A stretch of 64,000 bases of DNA from positions 71,984,001 through 72,048,000 of the forward strand of contig NC_045697.1 of the NCBI RefSeq assembly GCF_009834535.1, written 5' to 3'. A model generated the notes under the pieces. It was not told the DNA's origin and did no database searches. It was given only the letters and a program-made list of their open reading frames with translations. Positions within the stretch are counted from its first letter, which is position 1. Each line of letters begins with the position of its first letter. Shown in pieces: positions 50,973 through 64,000 of this stretch. A program made the translations under genes and the position numbers. This DNA is from Camelus ferus (lineage: Eukaryota).

Positions 50973-53313
50973 TCTTCAGCTCTTTTCTAATGGAACAGCA
51001 TCCGCGGGCCTTTCATTCCCATTCAGCTCAGCTCACCCAGCATGACCTCACCACGGTGACCTCACCATGGCTTCTGTGCTCTATAATGTCATACAATTTT
51101 TCAAGATTGTCTTAGAATTTCTGGAAAATGTATATGTACACTGGCAGAAAGATGTTGAATAAATTAATGAAAAAAGTAGGAGCGGAATATGTTTTAAAAC
51201 AATATAAACAACTCTGTGTGTGTGTTTGCACTTTGATTATCAGAGGTCTGGAGGTGGTTTATGCACCAAGCTGTCTGCAATGTCTTCCTTTCGAGCAGTA
51301 GGTCTGGGGAGCAGGGGATTCCCATGCAAGAATAACACCTTTCTCTGGAGAGAAGAATGAGAAAATTGTATCTTTTTCTTTACACACGTCTATAGTGTTT
51401 GAATTTTTTAACAGGTGTGTCTTACTTTAATAACTGATTAAAATTATCAAAATGTAGGCGGTGATAGAACTCTAAGTGGCCTCTAAAATGGGAACACGGG
51501 GAGTTAGAATCAAGATGCCTCCGGGAGCCCAGTGAGCAGTAGACGGAGGTGTGGTGCTTCAGGGTTGGCTGCTGCTTCATCACAGAAAGCTAACAAAAAT
51601 AGCATAGTTTATAAAAATAGCCCTGAAGGGCAGCCAACTGCTTTCACCCTGTGAATCCGGAATAGCCCCGGGTCTTTGATGAAGAAAAGAGTCCGCTGAA
51701 CTATAGGCATGAATACTTCTCCTTGGAAAGGCGGGGGCTTCCCGTATCTTCACTCTCCCAGCACTTGAGGGACAGGGGCTCAAAGCTGGAGTGAAATGGA
51801 GCTGCTAGGAAATAGAATCATGTGAGAACAATGAAGAATTTTGTTTTCAAGATAAGATCTTAGTACAAAGCCTGGCCCTGGGCAAATTTGCGAAATGAAA
51901 CTATGACAAGGGACTGTTTTCTCCTCTGAGTTCTCAACCTCCTAATACCTGGGCCCACGCCCTCTTTCCCTTGCCGTCCCTTCCTTCAAATCGTCCATTC
52001 TCCACTCACATTCAGTCTCTCCATTTACATTAAAATATAAAAGACTAAGAATTTTAAATGATGAATGGCCGAGGAACTATTTGCAGTTTTTTATGCCGAA
52101 GGTGTCACTGGCTTACCTAGTTGGCAAAACATTTTGAAGAGTTTAAATGAGACTATTGGAAGTAAAAAAGCAAACAGAGCAAGTGTTCTCTCTTCAGTGT
52201 GTGTATGCACTCTGAGGAGCTTAAATCTACAAAAGAATCCTCTTGACCAGCGTCACTTCTAGTCTTTTCCCCCCCGAGGCTTGTCCACTCCACATTCTTG
52301 CTGCAGAAGAATTCCTCTCACTGTGGAACATTCATCTATAACTTCTGTTTGAAAGAGGCGCATGATCGCTAAGGAATGCAAATAGACCAACCAGCCCAAG
52401 GTCCCCTGACAGCCCAGTACTGAGGAAAAGAACGATGAGAGAAGAATCAGAAGACTTGAGTTTTCATTGTAACTGAAACCGTGTGAACAGTTTTGTCGTC
52501 TGGGTAGTTTGAATCCCTTAGCTCTTTGTGTATCTCGTAGGGTTGTTTTGATAGTTCGTTGAGATAACAAATTAAAGCATTTTATCATCTACAAAGCCAA
52601 GGAACACTAAAATTTCAAATCATCCAAACCAGACTGAGATGTCATTTTGAGCATGGTTGATAACTTTGTGAAAACTACTTGTCTGTCTGACACACATAAC
52701 ATCAAACAGGCCAGGTAGCTCATCCTCTCTAGACCGGAAAATTACTTCTCCGTAGGGCCACAGCATGGTCCAGAGAGCTCACTTTTGAAAACTGCTTTTT
52801 TTTTTTTTAACTTGGATGGAATTTGTCATTTTATCATAGAAACTTTAATGATTTCTAGTCTGATTTCTTATTCTGATGCCTTTATTTGGTTTGTTTCAGA
52901 AGGAGGAAAATTATTCATGGCGCACACAAAGGAAAAACAAGCTTTGGTACTTGCGGCTTTACACTTAACTGTGATCCATTCTTAAGGGAAAGTCTTAATA
53001 TAGATAAATGTACTTGGAATAAAAAATGTACACGGAATAAAAATTGTACACAAATATAAAGTAAAAGCAGGATAGATATTACAGGGAAAGATACTGATTT
53101 GAAAACATGGGAAACACTGTCCAAAAAGAACAAATCTTAATATCTACCCTAAAGACTGTAGGGAGCTGTTCAACTTGTATTTGTGAAAGAAGAAATATTC
53201 CTCAGACATGAAGTCTGATGCCACTGAGAAAATACAGGATTTACTAATGTCCATGGCTTGTTATGTTCCAGGCAAAATCTCTAAAAATGTCTCACCTGGT
53301 AAATGTGTATTTC

Positions 53314-53756
53314 TTTTTTTTTTTTAATTAATTGAAGTATAGTCAGTTTACGAAGTTGCATCCATCTCTGGTGTATAGCATAACGCTTCAGTCATACATA
53401 TACATACATATATTTGTTTTCATATTCTTTTTCATTATAGGTTACTACAAGATACTGAATATAGTTCCCTGTGCTATAAAGTAGAAACTTATTGTTTATC
53501 TATTTTATATATAGTAGTGTGTATCTGCAAATCTCAAACTCCCAATTTATCCCTTCCCACCCCCTTCCCCTCTTGTAACCATGAGTTTGTTTCTATGTCT
53601 GTGACTCTGTCTCTGTTTTGTAAATAAGTCCATTTGTGTCTTTTTTTTTTTTTTTAATTCCATATATGAGTGATACCATATGGTATTTTTCTTTCTGTTT
53701 CTGGCTTACTTCACTTAGAATGACAATCTCCAGGCCCATCCATGTTGCTGCAAATG
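53314..53756 (-). mobile_element. 5'-truncated L1 (3' UTR and ORF2 end)
   Basis: Poly-T, ATTGAAGTATAGTCAGTTTAC...CTGGCTTACTTCACTTAGAATGAC...CCATGTTGCTGCAAATG. Confidence 0.9.
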
Positions 53757-56106
53757 TATTATTTTATTCTTTTTTTAATATTTTTTCAAGTCTATGACCA
53801 ACTAATAGCCCTTTGGTGTCTTCTAGGAACCAGCCTAGTTCTTATTTCAAGTTACCCAAAACGTGTTTGTTCTTTCTCACAAGTGAAAAATATATTTTCC
53901 ACTGTGGTTTGGAAACTAAATTAGACATGAAAACAATTCACGTTAAAAGAAGCCTAAATATTTACTCAGACAAAAACACTGTGAGTAGGTTTTAGGTTAA
54001 TACAAGCAGGATTAAGTAGGTGCTTTATTCCAAAGTCCCAAGACTATCGCCTCGGTTACTCTCACCTAAAAAATGAAAGAATTGCTATAATGGAGTTAAT
54101 TCCAGGAAAATACAGAATTCAGATGGATTTTTTTCAATCTTTTATTATCTGTCATTTGTGAATTTGAGGCAAGGAAAAGAAAGAAGAAGGGTTAAAGGAA
54201 ATATTCTATAATGGTATGAGTCTGATAATATGAATTTCATATACTGAACAAGTTCATATTTCCTTTGACATTTCCAAATTAGTTTTATTATTAAAAATGG
54301 AATCACATCTCCCAACTATAATTTCCAAACTAAATAGAGAGCTTATTATATATGGAGCACTCACCCTACTACTGTGGTTTTTATTTAAATACAGTTTTCA
54401 TTATTTCAAATGTCATGAAAAATTGTTGCTGATACAATCATAATTTTAAACAAGGTTAAATTCATATTTGTTAAAAATAAAATAATAAACGTGCATAGAT
54501 GAAAGAATTTAATACACAAAATTATCAACTTGATCATCCCTGGATTCTGGAAATATGAAATGTTTATGATTATCTGTATTTTCACAATTAAGTTTTTACT
54601 ATTAATTTAAAAACAATGACAACAACAAAGCTAAAAGTTAGAAAGCTAAGCAGAAGGAGTATATAAACAGCTTTTCACTGAAAAGCCATTGGTAACGTGA
54701 GGTGAGACTCTCCCACTCTGAATTTCATGCCTCTGGGATTTCCTTTAATTTGAGGAAAGAACCCCGCTTTCTCCTTGTCTATAGAGTTAATTACAGACTC
54801 ACAGCAAGAACAAGAATTGAGTCAGCAAACCCAGTATTTAGTAGGGGGAAAAATATCCCCCAAGGCCAAAATTTTTAAGCCCCATAAAACTTTCCAACTA
54901 CAATTATAGCCTCCTACATACAAAGGGAAAAGGTAGACTAAAACCTTAGAATCCAAATGTTTAAGATATAATAGATGGTCCAGTAAATTCTGGGTAGCTA
55001 CCACTTTGCAAGTTTTCATCTAAAATATTGCATAAGAATAATAATTATTTTAGAGAGTTTTAATCTAAAATATTACTAAGTACCAAAATATCTAAATTAG
55101 ACTAAAAATTTAATCTAAAATAAAATTATCTAAAATATCTAAAATAGGAATAAGTAACATCTCCAAGTTGTTTCTTACTACTTTATCCACTGAAAGTTAA
55201 TGCAAAGCAGGTTTTTGCCAATATTATGTGAAGTTTTCCATTTTTATAATGCAAAATTTTTTTTGTTAGGTCCCTGCCTCTTTTACTCTTCATCATTTGT
55301 GAATCTAAGATTTGAATTTTTAAAGAAGACAGAAAAACCTTGGAACAAACTTGGAGCCAAAATAAATTTGTCATCCAGAGAGTTCAGACAGAAAGTTGAA
55401 GCTCGCAAGCCTTAGTATTTCCTTCCTGCTCGAGAGGTTTGCAATGCTCTGTCTTGGCCAATGTTGGAGAGTAAGATTAGCAAAAATGACTGGGATTAGA
55501 AAAGGAAGAGATATGCGTAGCATTACCATCTGCCTACGCTGTGCCTGTGCTGACACAGATTTAAGAACCAAAGAATAGGGTCAAGTGTAATCACAAACCG
55601 GATCATATCAAAACCGTTTCTAGAGTAGGTTCAAAGATGCCTGGGCTTTAAGATAATTAGAGAACATTTGTATCACTGCCATTTGCCATCCCTGCTGACA
55701 CTGTAGAATTCAATATTTATAACTGTAGTTTCAATGCCATAAACAAAAATAATTTCTGTAATTACTCTTTCTAATCCACAGTGACTACAAAGACATAACC
55801 ACTGGGGCAGTTTGGTCTCTGGAGTAGATCTGGGGGGAAGCCTACAATGAAAGTAACAGCATTCTTACTGTATCATCCAAATTAATGTGTAGTTGTCTAA
55901 ATGCTATCATTTTCTTACGGGTGATATTTTCCTCATATAACCTTTGTTTGAATTGTTATCTGACATTTCAATTCTAGTGTGTGAACATTTGGAACATTAA
56001 TTCATTGCCTTAATCAGATGAGAGCACTTCCCATATAGTTTATATTCTTAAATATTAGGAGTGAATTCAAAATCGAAGATAGGTTAAATACAGAAAAGTC
56101 AACTGG

Positions 56107-56273
56107 TTTTTATTTTATTTTTTTTGTTTTTGGAGGGGGAGGTAACTAGGCTTATTTATCTATTTATTTATTTTAACTTAATGTTTTTAAATGGAGGTAC
56201 TAGGGGTTGAACCCAGGACCCTGTGCATGCTAAGCACACACTCCACCACTGAGCTAATATTACCCTCCCCCCC
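56107..56273 (-). mobile_element. tRNA-derived SINE, Vic-1-like
   Basis: GGTTGAACCCAGGACC...TAAGCACACACTCCACCACTGAGCTA; T-rich tail; TGGTTTTT on both flanks. Confidence 0.85.
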
Positions 56274-57360
56274 AAAATGGTTTTTAAATGTTGACTCATT
56301 TGAAACAAAGGCTAATGTTAAAAGTCATAAGCAGTATACATTTCAAACTTGTAATCTTTTGATATAAATCTTGATAAGGATGGTAAAGACCACTACCTAC
56401 TAACAAACTGATCTATATTGGAGAAACTAAAACAAAAGGCAATGCCTCCTGAATGGGCTTCTGGCCAAGAAGCCGGGTTAAAGTCCAAAGAGGCTGCAGT
56501 GTTTGATCAGCCCATGAAGTCGGTTGCCAGGAACCCGAGTGTCCTTGTGCACAGTGTGCACCTACTTGTCATCTTGTACAACAGTTAAAATGGGTTTGGG
56601 TTTTTTTTTGTTTGTTTGGTTGGTTTGGATTTTTTGTTTGTCTGTTTGTTTCTTTTTTGACATTTCTTTTCTTGGCCTGGATTCTTCTAACAGCTAAGTA
56701 TTATACAAGATACATGACCAAAAAAGTAATGTGGAGTTCCCTGTAAGTTTTAAATGACCACAAAGAGACTTTGGTGTGGTTTTTAGGTCTCTTGGTCCTG
56801 TCCTTGCTAACACATGACTGATTATTGATAAACAGTGATATTAATAAAATGAATTGGTTTATGGTAAATATTCACTAATTGATCTTTAATCTACATCCTA
56901 AATATTTCTTTAAGAAAATTAACTATTCTTCTCAGTTTCGTACTGATTACACTACAAACTTCCAAAGACCTATTGACATGACCATGTGCTATTAGCTAGC
57001 CTCTGGACTACTACATGCACACATACAATACCCGTCAAGTTTTTATGGCATGTAGAAAAAGAAGTTCTTTTGCCAGAAAATTCCTTTGTCCAATGTTGTG
57101 AGGATTAAAGTAGATAATATATGTAAAGTATCTAGCATAGAGACATAGGGATGTGTGTGTGCACATGGGTCTCAAGTACTGTGCTGTATTTTCACATGGA
57201 CTGCAATTCCCTAAAACAGCACTCATTCATTGTGATTATCACATTGATCTGAAGTTCAAATCAGAAATATTTGTTTCTTTTTCACTGAGAAAATATAAGC
57301 ACTCAGAAAAGAAATTTATTTCCCCAGTATCAAATCTACAATCCACTCTTACCTAAATTC

Positions 57361-57578
57361 TTTTTTTTTTTTTATTAACTTGAATTATAGTCAGTTTACA
57401 GTGTGTCAATTTCTGGTGTACAGCATAATGTTTCAGTCCTACATATACATGCATATATCTGTTTTCATATTCATTCCATTCTATTCAAGATATTGAATAT
57501 AGTTCCCTGTGCTATACAGAATAAACTTATTGTTTATCTATTTTATATATAGTGGTTAATACTTGCACATCTTGAACC
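57361..57578 (-). mobile_element. L1 3' fragment
   Basis: Poly-T then TAGTCAGTTTACAGTGTGTCAATTTCTGGTGTACAGC. Confidence 0.85.
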
Positions 57579-57820
57579 TTTTCTCCTGCTAGAGAAAATG
57601 AAATTCCCAAGGTTTTTCCTATGACCAGGCCTCCACTGGGTCAGTGGGGCCCATCCTCTCTTGCTTACTCAGGGTTCTTGTTCCCACAATTATACTTCCC
57701 TCTCCTATGATACCACTGGTTTTCCCCTCATACTAGATCATTTCCAAGAGCAGAAATTGTTATCTCTTATGTCTGAGAAGTTCCTTTCATGCTACATATC
57801 ACTGAAGCTATCATTCTATT

Positions 57821-58260
57821 TGATATGGGTTGAATTGTGTTCCTCAAAAGAAGGTATGTTGACGTTCTAACCCTCAGTAACTCAGAACATAAACTTGTTT
57901 AGAAATAAGGTCATTGTGGATGGAATTAGCTGGAGTTGGATCGGGCTCAATCCAGTGTTACTGGTGTCCTTATAAGAAGACGGACATGTGAAGGGAGAGA
58001 AGAACACCAAGGGACGATGAAGGCTGCTATTGGAGATATGCAGCTGCAGGCCAAGGAATGCCAGTGATTACGAACAAACCACCAGAGGCTAGGGAGATGC
58101 AGGGAGAGGTTCCCCTAAAGGTATCAGAGGGAGTGTGGCCCTGCCAACAACTTGATTTCAGACCTCTAGCTTTCAGAACTGCATGTGAGACAAAATTTCC
58201 GTTGTTCTAAGACACTTAATTTGTGGTACTTTGTTAAGGCAGCCCTAACAACTAACATAT
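57821..58260 (+). mobile_element. MaLR solo LTR (MLT1C-like)
   Basis: TGATATGGGTTGAATTGTGT...GCCAAGGAATGCC...TTTGTGGTACTTTGTTAAGGCAGCCCTA. Confidence 0.8.
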
Positions 58261-60093
58261 CATTTCTACTCTGGACTAGATTATTCCCAGTGAGCGGGAA
58301 ACATTATCTCTTCTCACTTAAAAATCCCTGGACCTTAAATCTCCCTTAAGCTAGCACCTTATTCTTTTGCTTCCTTGTTATAGCAAATATCTTTAAAGAG
58401 TTACCTATAACTGCTGTCATCACTTCCCCCCAGTTCTCTGATACACTCCTTCTGGTCAGCCCCAGTCCTTTCAGCACTCCCCAAAGCCACTTTTGTCAAA
58501 GTAACTTATTGAACTTTGTTTTTCTTGAAAACAAGTAATACTATATGTTAATTTCTTACTATTGTCTATCTCCCTCACTGGAATCTAAGTTCCAAAAAGA
58601 CAGAGAATCAATGTGTTTTTTTCATACCCCACTCCAGGCCTTGGCACTCAGTAGGTTCTTAGTTAAATTTTGTGGAACAGTGCAATGCATTTGCTTTCAG
58701 ATTATTAATTACATATGATACATAAAATTTAAATTTTGATTTAAGCACTCACTATTTATGGATGCTATAAATTTTGCAAGGATTTTGTTATAAGTTTTCA
58801 AGAATTTGAAGGTTACTAATGAAAAGGATTTTTATATTTTGCAAGCATACATTATCACTAATATTTTACCCTAAGGTAAACTGTGATGTCTTTATTTTAT
58901 ATTATACCTTCCAAAGCTATTAGCAGATATTAATCTTCATATTCATCTTATGTATTAAGGAAAAGAGGGTTTTAACTTTTATCTTACAGATTTGGAAACT
59001 AAATGACTTAAGAACCAAAAGGCCTTCCTGTGACATCTAAGTGCGTACACTATAAAACGCAAACTGGGATAAAAGCTTTTCACTATCAAACCAGTTTAAT
59101 TTCCACTAAAATTCCACATCACCAACCCCACCTTATAATTTCATTGACATAAAAGATTATTATCTTAATTATATTAAATGAGAAAAAATAACTTCCTCCT
59201 GGATATTGAGGCAATTTACAGACGAGGAATACAAAATCAGAGATATTATGCAAATAAATGCAGTAAGTGAAGATTCCTTGCTCGGTTCAATGCTCTGAGA
59301 AACAGCAGGAATTTTGCACAATGAGCTGAGTGAAAAGAGAAAACTAAGGAGCCCAGTTAAACGTAAAACACATTCCCTAAACTGTGAACAGGGCTGTGAT
59401 GGCATTAGTCCATGATGTGACAGTTCACGGGAATCAACCATTTATATCCACGTAAACGTGCCTTCATCTCCCCACTGCCCTCGTTATCAGTAGTAAACAG
59501 TAGCTCAACAGCAAGATAAGGCAAACTTTGCTAACTGCCGATATCGGGGATACACTGTTATACTTCCTAGCAAGGCCTCCATAGAAGAAGAGAACTAGGA
59601 GCTTTACGCAAGCTATTTTTAGAAGCGGAGTAAGATAACAATACCATCTAATCATCCGTGTATACACACAATAACGAACATTCTCTGAATGCTGTGTTTC
59701 ATATTTTCACCAAACTCATCTTTTTAAAAATATGTCAAAGCCCTGATTTTGTGAAGAAAATGGATTCCAGAAGCTTCAAGGACAAAAATTATACTGGATT
59801 TAACAACCTATAAATTATTTATAAAAACACATTTGCATGCTCTTCTAAGAAATCTTCCTTCAACCCTTTGTTTAACTCAGACTATCTTCTCTCTCCCCCA
59901 AAACTGTGCCTTCATAGCCATTCTTCCTTACTTTGCAATTTTTCCCATTGTTTCCTCCTTCCATCCTAGACAAATGGAAGCGTTGTCTCTACACTTAACT
60001 AAGACCAGTCCCTCACCAGGCCTATGAATCCATTTCTCTTCCTCCACCTTCAGCCCTATCCCCCACAGTGGTTCATCCCAGTAGCACTCAAAC

Positions 60094-60612
60094 TGTCACC
60101 AAGTCCAAACTCGTTCTGCTTGCTGCACAACAGGCCAATAAATAGGGAGACAAGGTGTTGCGGCAAGGAATAATGACTTTTTTCAGAAAGCTGGCAGGCT
60201 GAGAAGATGGCAGACTAATGTCCTGCAGAACCATCTTTCCCAAGTCAGAATTCAGGCTCCTTTTATACTAAATAGGGGGAGGGGTATGGTTGATTATTGC
60301 AAACTCCCTGGTGTCGGATTCTTTGTTCTTGCAGCTGTCCACATGGGTCAGGTCACGGTGTCTCTGTAAATCTCCAACAAAACAAATGTTATTTTCTACT
60401 CTGCAACTTTTTATCTCTATATGAATGCAAAAGCGTTGACACCCTTAAAGGTCAGAGCCTTGAGGACAAGCGATCCTGTATATTTCAGGCTATAGGCAAC
60501 ATTCTTTTACAAAAGGTGCAGAACCAGCATGACTAAGCCTAGGAAACAGAGCACAAGGTTAAAGTCAGAGGAACAGATCTAAGACGGAGTCAGATTAGTT
60601 CTTTCTGCTGCA
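60094..60612 (-). mobile_element. ERV1-class solo LTR with 4-bp TSD
   Basis: TG...CA ends and AAAC on both sides (60090-60093, 60613-60616); strand inferred. Confidence 0.75.
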
Positions 60613-60985
60613 AAACCCACCCACCTACTCCACGCTCCACTTCACTCTTCTCGCAAAGTTTTGCACCTTCTTCTCAATTATCAGCAAATGGGCTCGGCAA
60701 CCTCATGGTTTGCCTCGTCTGCTATGTCTCTCATCAGCGTTTGGCATTGACTGACTACTCTCTCCTTCTTGACACAATCCTGCCCTGGCTTCCATGCAGC
60801 CATACTTCTGGTTTCCTCCAAGTTTTCTAAACTCATCAGTCTGTTTCATTAGTTAAAGTTTAGTCCTAGTGTTGGTGTTAATCCTGTTAAATGCTGGTGT
60901 CCCTCCAAACCCTGCTCAAGGCCCTTTCTTTCTCGTTCATATTTCTTGAACAAGCTTATCTGTTCCCTTTGTGTCAGTTACTACC

Positions 60986-61349
60986 TGTTGTGGGCTGAAC
61001 TGTGTCCCATGAAAATGCATACGTTGAAGTCTTAACCCCCAGTACCTCAGCATGAGACTGCATTTGGAGATACGGTCTTTAGAGAGGTAATTAAAATAAG
61101 ATCATAGGGGTGGCCTAACCCAATATTACTGCTGTCCTTATAAGAAGAGGAGATGTGGGCACAGATACACACAGAAGAAAGACCATGTGAAGACCCAGGG
61201 AGAGGACAGCCAAGGAGGGCAGCCTCACAAGAAGTCACCCCTGTCGACACCTGGGTCTTGGACTTCTAGAACTGTGAGAAAATAATTTCTGTTGTTTCAG
61301 CCCCTGGGTCTCTGGACTTTGTTTTGGCAGCCCTACCAAACTAACGCAC
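60986..61349 (+). mobile_element. MaLR solo LTR (MLT1B-like)
   Basis: TGTTGTGGGCTGAACTGTGTCCC...GTTGAAGTCTTAACCCCCAGTACCTCAG...GGCAGCCCTACCAAACTAAC. Confidence 0.8.
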
Positions 61350-64000
61350 AACCTACGATTAGGCTATGGCTCCTAAACTCATTACTGTGGGTTTAATCAC
61401 TGTCAGGTCTAATCACCCGATCATACCCCGCTATCTACTGGATCTCACCACGTGGATGTTTCAAAAATATTTCAAGAATTCTACATGTGCCAGTGCATCT
61501 AGCTTCCTCAACCAGAAACATGGTCACTGTCGTAGACCCTGCTGGTGCCCCATGTCAGGTCTCCTCAGTCCACTTCCAACTCCGGTTTCTCCTCAGGTAT
61601 TTCTCTCAGATTTTCTGCCTCAGGGTTTTCTGCAAAGTTCTAACAACTCGCTCAGCAGGTCTCAAGAGCAGATGAGTGACCATCCCTGGAGGCAAGACAC
61701 CAAAGGGACAGGAGAGTTAGGGAATGAAGGCCCAGTGTCCAGTCTTCCAGAGGGAGCCTTCTGAGAGGTTTCAACATGGTTCCCCGGGAACGCCCCCACA
61801 AGACTGTGCTCCAGGTTCTGCAGCAGGAAACGGCTCAGTGGTGCACACTTGCCTGGCTTTCATCCTTCCTAGAACTGCCTTTTCTCCTTTCCTGACTCGC
61901 TCTTTCCATTCATTCACTCTTACTGCCTCGGATCACCTGTAAAGTAAACTTCCTGAAAAGAAAGGAAAGGAAGTCACTTTCTTATTATTAAGGTGTTAGT
62001 AGTGGTAATTAAAGGTTAAGAAAATGTCTAAAGAGTGTAATTTTTTAACCAAACTTACTGTTCTCATACTCCTAATTACTAAAAAATAAAATAAAATAAA
62101 TTTAAAAATCACAACCTTGTTATACTACAAAAAATAAAAGGATAAAAATTATTTTTAAAAAATCAACCTCCGGAACCCCAGTCCTGTCTCAGACTTGCAG
62201 GTAACTGGGGGCGCTCACACTAAGACCGTCAGTGTCATTCTCTTAGTTTTCTCCTTTGTCCATTTTACCTGGCCATCAGTCATTAAATTCTCATAAATCT
62301 ATCTTGGCTTTCAGATGGGTCTACTCTGTCCAAGCCCACTGCCTTTATCCTGGGCTCAGGCCACCATCAAAGATTACCTAATAATGCAGCGGTCTTCCAG
62401 CTAATCTGCTTGCCTTGTGAATTGTCCCTCACCAAATTGTTCTCTACAGGGAAGTCAGCGTGTGCTTTCTAAATGGGCTATCTGATCCCACTTCCTTGCT
62501 CATAAAACCCTCAAAATATTTCCCATTGTTTCTGGCAAAATGTCTTTAATGTGACTTGTGAGGTCTTTTAGACCTAGTTTTCCTCCACAGACTCATCTCT
62601 CACTTCTCACTTGATAGACTAGTACAATGAAGCTATTTTCAGGTCTCTGACCAGCCATGCCATCTATCCCCTCAGGGCCTTTGCACCTGCTACTCCTGCC
62701 TCTTGAAATGCCATTCTCCATTCTTCATCACCACTACCACTCATCTTTACCATTCCTAGTTCAGCTGGCACTTACTCTTGAAAACCTCTAATGTTAATTT
62801 TTTGGTTAGGTGCCTCTCCTATGTGTTCTTAACACATACAATGCTGTATTTTAATTGCCTGTTTATTTTTTTAAGCTATACACTAGATTATACTTTTTAA
62901 AATTAAAGTATAGTTTATTTAAATATTGTATTAGTTTCAAGCATGCAGCAAAGTGATTCGTATTTTTTCCATTATGGGTTATTACAGGATAATGAATATT
63001 GCTCCCTGTGCTATACAATTAGTCCTTGTTGTTTATCGATCATAATTTTTGAAGGTTTTTATTTCCCACTGATTCTCACGTACTTCACATATTTTAGGTA
63101 TTCAATAAATATTGGTAAAATAGATGAAACAGTAAAATTAAAATTGTTAAATAAGGTTACTAAAAATTTTTAACAATCAAAAAGCTGGCAAAAAGTTTTA
63201 AATCATATAGAAAGAGTTGAAGCAAAACAGAAGGAAGATTAATAAGTTGAAACTCTATAAAAATCTAAGACAAAAATGCTACCTTCAGAACTCTCTGATA
63301 CCATTCCTGCTGTAGCCATGGATACTTGCCTGCTCGGATTCTGTTAATCCATTACTTAGAAAGCAATTTTAAAAGTTTGTAATACAAAGCAGGCATTTTC
63401 AATTGGAAAATTAAGTCAATCCAGTAAATTAGTCAATGTTTGATGACTTTTAGTGACATTGTTTAAATTTATGACCTCACCCAGTGAAACAATAAGGTGA
63501 TGAAAAGAACTAGCCTTTCAGTGAGGCTGAGCAGTAAGTAAAATCTGTTCCAGGCCTTTGACTCCATGATTTCTCTTCCTGCTGCTTCCACTTCAAGTCC
63601 TGGCTCTAAAATCAGAAGCTTTCTGTGTCTGTTTGCTGCCTCACCCCTTGGCAAATCTAAGAATCTTGCCTGGATGCGCTGCTGAACTGCCCTTTCCAGC
63701 TACAAACCATCTAAACGATGTGTGATCACTGCCGCTCCCCTCTCTCCACCTTGCTGGACACAAACCAATACCAGCACTTGAGAACATGAGTAAGAATTTC
63801 CAGTCAGCTAAGATGGAGAGGTTACTTTCCTGGACAATTCCAGAAACATGTGCAGCCTCGCCAGTCACTCTGGGTTCCCATCCAGGAAGCCTTGAGAAGC
63901 ACTTTCTAGATGGGACCCTACCATCAGGGCATCACTGTAGCCTAGTAAGAGTTGTTTCCAGCCTAATCCAGGTAGAGTTGCTCTGCTCTCTGGACAAAGA

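Overview
Mammalian genomic DNA, probably camelid (three copies of a Vic-1-like tRNA-derived SINE). The window holds the 5' part of SLC39A8 (ZIP8, Zn/Mn/Fe/Cd importer) on the minus strand: a CpG-island promoter at ~43.9-45.2 kb and five coding exons (219+163+170+123+168 nt = 843 nt, residues 1-281). All have GT-AG junctions and a continuous frame. The remaining 3' exons were not found and presumably lie left of position 1. The rest is intron and upstream DNA rich in L1, L2, MIR, LTR and DNA-transposon remnants. I found no convincing previously undescribed system. The most unusual features are a near-exact 135-bp local duplication beside exon 3 carrying a strong 3'-splice-site-like signal, a 31-codon uORF in the 5' UTR, two 5'-inverted L1 insertions and candidate CTCF/NF-kB/AP-1 sites. 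Repeat names and human comparisons are from recall, not database searches.
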